A stretch of DNA of 13,288 nt from Selaginella moellendorffii (lineage: Eukaryota > Plantae > Lycopodiophyta). The notes below the pieces were generated by a model that worked only from the letters and a program-made list of their open reading frames with translations, ran no database searches and was not told where the DNA came from. The stretch is from the NCBI RefSeq assembly GCF_000143415.4, contig NW_003314350.1, positions 784,156-797,443 of the forward strand, given 5' to 3'. The position numbers were made by a program, and so were the translations under genes. Below, one piece after another: positions 8,862 to 13,288 of this stretch (position 1 is its first letter; each line of letters starts with the position of its first letter).

Positions 8862-9646
8862 TGTAGCGCACGTGGTTTTGATCTTTTATCCTATGGTGAT
8901 TTACCATAGGATAACACCACGAAGCGGAACCTAAACCCTCTTTGTGCCACATGACAGATGCCACATGTCACATGCCACGTGTCCATGCCACGTGTCCATA
9001 GGAACCCGAGGTTCAGGGCCTTGAGCCACTGAACGAAGGAACAGTGCCAAACTCCCAAGCATGAAGCCAAGGAGTGACGGAACCGAACCACGGAGCAACT
9101 CCCGAGCATAAAGCCCAAGGAGCGAAGGGACAGAAGCCCGGAGCGACTTGGAACAGTCCTGGAGCAACCAGCATCCCAATGCCAGGACCAGCACACAAAA
9201 CGGAGCCAAACAGAGTCTGGCGCTATTTCGGCATACCGGTGGCCTAACGTGAGGATATGGGTACTCCACCAACTAGCATGGAATGGAACTTGGGCTTAGA
9301 CCCAAGCCGGACGCAAAACAAGGACAGGCACGCAAGCGGGAGCTAGACTATGCCTCAGGTTGGTCGGCCATGCCCGACCTACCCACTATCCCTACTATAC
9401 ATTTGGAACCCCCCACAGCCCCCCCCCCCTTGAGGAACACACGCTTTGGGCTTTCACCCCAAGCCTCCCTTAGTATCAGGAGTTAGTCTCTGGGACAAGC
9501 TCGAAACTTACTAAATATGGAATGTCCTTAGATTGCGAATTTGGAACCAGCAATACCGACCTCCTACCATCGTGGCAGTAAGGTAAGAGTGTCCGTAAGG
9601 ACTAGTCGACAGGTAACTTTCGATACTCGAAGTCACATGCGCGACA
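8862..9646 (-). repeat. Complete 3' LTR of copy B (785 bp)
   Basis: Termini are TGTAGCGCA...TGCGCGACA (TG..CA, 8/9 inverted match). It adjoins the minus-strand PPT at 9647. Confidence 0.9.
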
Positions 9647-9659
9647 CTCTCCCCCCCTT
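9647..9659 (-). promoter_or_regulatory. Polypurine tract of copy B
   Basis: Minus-strand AAGGGGGGGAGAG directly precedes TGTCGCG. Confidence 0.9.
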
Positions 9660-10967
9660 GGGAAGATCGACGTCCTCGTCGATGCATACTCTAGTCTAGA
9701 ATACCGCCAAGGAAACAACTCCAGAAAAAGTTCACGTTACTCACACTATGTGAGAAATGCACCAACTTAAATGAGTTAGGGGGCAACCTCTTTGTCTAAC
9801 GCGGATGCGCTACCAGCTCAGACACCTTCCGGCCGTCGCCGACAAGGAAATGACCAACGGAGTCAGCCACCCCTGCTGCTCTGGGTGTCACCCAACTACA
9901 AAAGTGTGATATGCCCCTGCCCGCAAGGACATAGAGAGAGAAGCCAGAGGCCCCAACCCTCCTAAGCAAAGAAACCAAACCCGTCGGTAAGGTTTAGATA
10001 GACTACTGTAAACAGGCAGTTAGAGTTGTTTACACGGTCACGCCCTTTTTAACGGAATAAGGAACATTGACAGAGAGGCGGGTTATATGACCAGTCGACA
10101 GTAGCTACCCCATGACTAGAGATTTCAACATGCACACGAAGTGCCGAAGCCAGTCTGCCTATACTGGCCCAAACTCAAAGATCAATAGATGGACAATATC
10201 AAAGTCATAGACAATGATATCTTAGAGACTTAATTATCAGTGAGTATATCTTAGATTAGAACACAAAAGTATTCCAAGTAAGTTATCATCCGATAAACTA
10301 GTATTATAGTATATGAACCACCAAGATCATCATAATTGGAAAACATAGGATTCACTATCCAACAAAATTCAATAGCTAGTGTATCATCAAGAACACTTCA
10401 TGATAAAACATAACTATCAAAGATAGCAGACAGTAAGCCAACAACTTACTAGAGATAACTCAAAGAACACAAAGTATCATTGACTGACAGGCACAATGCT
10501 CGCGAATGTATCACCCGAAGGAAATAACATCCCAACCTATCAGAACTAACTCGAGCAATAATCAACAGAACAGAATGAATGCGGTAAGACCAACAAACAC
10601 CCATTCATGCCAACTATCACACTAGCCAATCCAAATAGATCCCAGCCAACAACACCAAGGAATTCAAGTTGCATAAGCAAGTGTTAGCAACATCCTTTTG
10701 ATGTCTCAAACCCAAGAGACCAATCCAGAGCAAATCACAAAGAACATGTGATATTGCAAAAAGCCACAAGCCATCAAAGAGAACAACTAACTATCACGAA
10801 AGATCATCAATCATCCCATCAATAAAGAGATGCATAATCATTGTCAAAGAAGGAATCCACCATCCCGCAGAATGGCAAACCATTCTATATCAACAATAAC
10901 CAAGCAACACCCTTGACAAGGATAATCAACTATCTTGATGATAGTCAATCATTGCCAATGATTGCTA

Positions 10968-13288
10968 GACACAAATACTAACATCAATATCGAAGCTAAC
11001 AAGCTAAAATGCCTTCCCCAACAACTCCTAACAAATGGAACAATGAGCATAAAACTCAAAGAACCAAAAGCTCGAAGAAGCCTATAGCTAAGTCTTGCCT
11101 AACAATGATCACGAGTCTAACATGAACTAACGTCAATGCTAAGAAGAAAATCATGGTATAACCCACAATATCCTCCTCAACACATCCATAAGCTAAACTC
11201 CATAATGCAAAGCTAATGAAGAGCATGTCTGCATCAATCCAAAAGCTAAGCATAACAAAGCTATGCCCGACAAGTGATCACTAAACGATCCTCCATGAAT
11301 CCATCTATAGCAAGACGTAACTCACTTCATAACAAGCACAAGAAGAATCACTAATGATCGATATATTCCAACTCAAACCCAATAAGGATTCAAACTTTCC
11401 AATATCGATCACTAACTCTCCCACTTGTAGAGTCAGCATAGTCCATGACTAAATCACTTTTCAAAGAAAAGCTCAAAGCTCAACCTTTACTAAACAACTT
11501 TGTCTAGAACACAACTAACTCAAACTTGCCACTCAGTTCATTTGAACGTCAACACAGTTGCTAACTAGCAAATGCACGAATGCTAATAACACAAAGCTAT
11601 AGCCAAATCATCAACACTATCCTCATCGAGAGCAATGAAACTCAATATCAATCCTAAGGATAGATATATCATCTCACCTGAATCTCAACATCAATAATAT
11701 CAATGACAAGGCATCACCTCAAGGCCATCAACATCAGAACAAAGCTAAAAGAAAGCAAGAGTGAATCACCACTCAAAACTCTCTTGCAACCAAGCTAACC
11801 AAAGTCGAAGATACTTTAGTCAGTATCCGAGACTAGTTCTTCAACATTACTCAGGTACAGATAACACTTCCTCAAGGAGTGCATCACCACGTCCAAGACT
11901 CAATGAAACCCAACACTATGAACTAAATGCAACCAAATGATATCAACAGAGGTAGAGTCGACATGCCAACATGGAAAACCCATGTAAGTCAAATGACACG
12001 ATCCTCCGCAACACCATCAGGTAAAGCAAACCCATCACTGCTAAATCATCATCAAGTGAAGCAAGTGTTAAAAGTCCTTGATGAAGTCTACAAGTAGTCA
12101 CTAGTTGCAAAGAAACTAACAATCACTCCTCAACTTGCCTTCATAAGACCCAAACACTAAACTCACGTCATCAAGTCATATACTTGTCCAACATGAACGT
12201 GATACCCCAGGTACGAGATAAAAGTTCATAGACAAGCACAAACTAAATGACCACTCAAATCCAACTCAACCGCAATAAGCTCACTCAAACATTTAGCCAC
12301 TAGCTCTGAGCATGCCTTGAAGAGGCTAGCTATGCATGATCAACACTCAGCTGAAACTAAAGTGAAGACCATGAGATGGATCTATATTAGTACACAACCT
12401 CCTCATAGACAAAGCTATAATATGAGTACTAACATTTCAACTTGCAAACAACTAAGTTGGACATCACCATCCTTAGCCAAGGTGCAGGGCCACCAAGACC
12501 AAGTCAAGATCAGTGAGAGCTCACTACTCTCATAGAGTCTTAACAAAATGCAAGGTGCAACCTGCTACCGAGCATAATGCTACAAAAGAAAGGCACAAGG
12601 GTCACCCTTCTTAGAAAAGCGCAACGGCCACTTTTCTACACCAACTCTAGACTCTATCCAACTCAATTGCCTTAGCCCCAAAAGTTAGCATCCCTTTTCA
12701 GGTTGCATCATACAAACTACATACTAAGGTCTAAGCCAACCGAAGTCAACTCCAACCCCTTCACTAATTTGTAATGGCTTACGAAAATGGAATGGTTTTT
12801 GGGCAATGTGATCAACAGATCAGCCATTGGAAAAGCCTAAGAAAATTTATGGAAAAATTTCTATCCTAGAAAAAGAATGACTCTTAGTCTAGAAATACAA
12901 ACTTCCAAGACTCAACCAACTTCCTCCTACTAACAACTTCACATAGGTTCACCTCAACACAAATTCTCATGACCCATAGTATGCTTAAGCCTCGAACATC
13001 TTTTTGCCCATTCTTTCGACATCCAACACTGATATCCGTAAAAATGCAAATGGAATATCCAAGGCTTGATCACGAAGACCACATCTTCGGATATCCACAT
13101 TGCACTAACACTGTTCTTCAATCACCTTCAAGATCCAATGTGAAGCTAAAACACTAACAAGAAAAAATGACATAGAAAATCAAGCTCTAAGGAAAATTCC
13201 TCATTACTCGAAGTAACAATGCCACTTCCACTAACACAAGTGCTAGTGATGTCAATGCCCCAACTACACACCTTCTCCATCCAACAAT
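10968..13288. repeat. Diverged direct copy of 1-2184 plus 7167-7265
   Basis: Colinear throughout, for example gcaaagctaatgaagagcatgtct at about 238 and 11207. Identity is roughly 80-90% by eye, mostly transitions. Confidence 0.95.

Larger units (their letters stand above)
8862..13288 (-). mobile_element. Copy B of the same LARD-like LTR element (3' LTR plus internal region; continues past the right edge)
   Basis: It has an LTR, a PPT and an internal region. About 10968-13187 is homologous to 1-2184, and 13188-13288 to about 7167-7265. Confidence 0.82.

Noticed and set aside
8650-9000. TGCCACA repeats as a CRISPR-like array
   Set aside because: They are short degenerate tandem units without unique spacers, inside a eukaryotic LTR.
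8385-9978. Short ORFs across the PBS/LTR region (8385-8624, 8672-8866, 8891-9196, 8931-9272, 9013-9198, 9283-9486, 9796-9978)
   Set aside because: They lie in or cross LTR sequence and repeats, are not preserved between LTR A and LTR B, and have no protein motifs.
11056-13157. ORFs 11056-11253, 12317-12535 and 12969-13157 as cargo genes
   Set aside because: They are only 62-72 aa with no motifs. For the two plus-strand ORFs the copy A counterparts carry frame-breaking indels.
1-13288. 1-2184 and 10968-13187 as the two giant LTRs of one element, or as a segmental duplication
   Set aside because: The true LTR, PBS and PPT boundaries at 8564-9659 show these are internal regions of two separate copies.

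Overview
This window is a nest of three LTR retroelement insertions and contains no host gene. The host is probably a plant, inferred from a tRNA-iMet primer site and plant-type cis-motifs. (1) A near-complete but decayed 4978-bp Ty3/gypsy element lies on the + strand at 2185-7162. It has very short LTRs (161/175 bp), a 4-bp TSD (GCTC), a tRNA-Ala primer binding site (PBS), a polypurine tract (PPT), gag with a CCHC knuckle, and pol in the order PR-RT-RH-IN with no chromodomain. A recognisable -1 frameshift signal (slippery heptamer plus H-type pseudoknot) joins gag to pol. (2) It sits inside copy A of a minus-strand, apparently non-coding, LARD-like LTR element (1-2184 plus 7167-8861, tRNA-iMet PBS at 8564-8574). 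(3) A second member of that family, copy B (8862 to beyond 13288, with a 785-bp LTR and a PPT), appears to have inserted into the 5' LTR of copy A. Copy B preserves the empty target site of the gypsy insertion. I found no evidence of a new non-transposon system. The most unusual object is the compact, frameshifting, tRNA-Ala-primed gypsy element in an apparently plant context.
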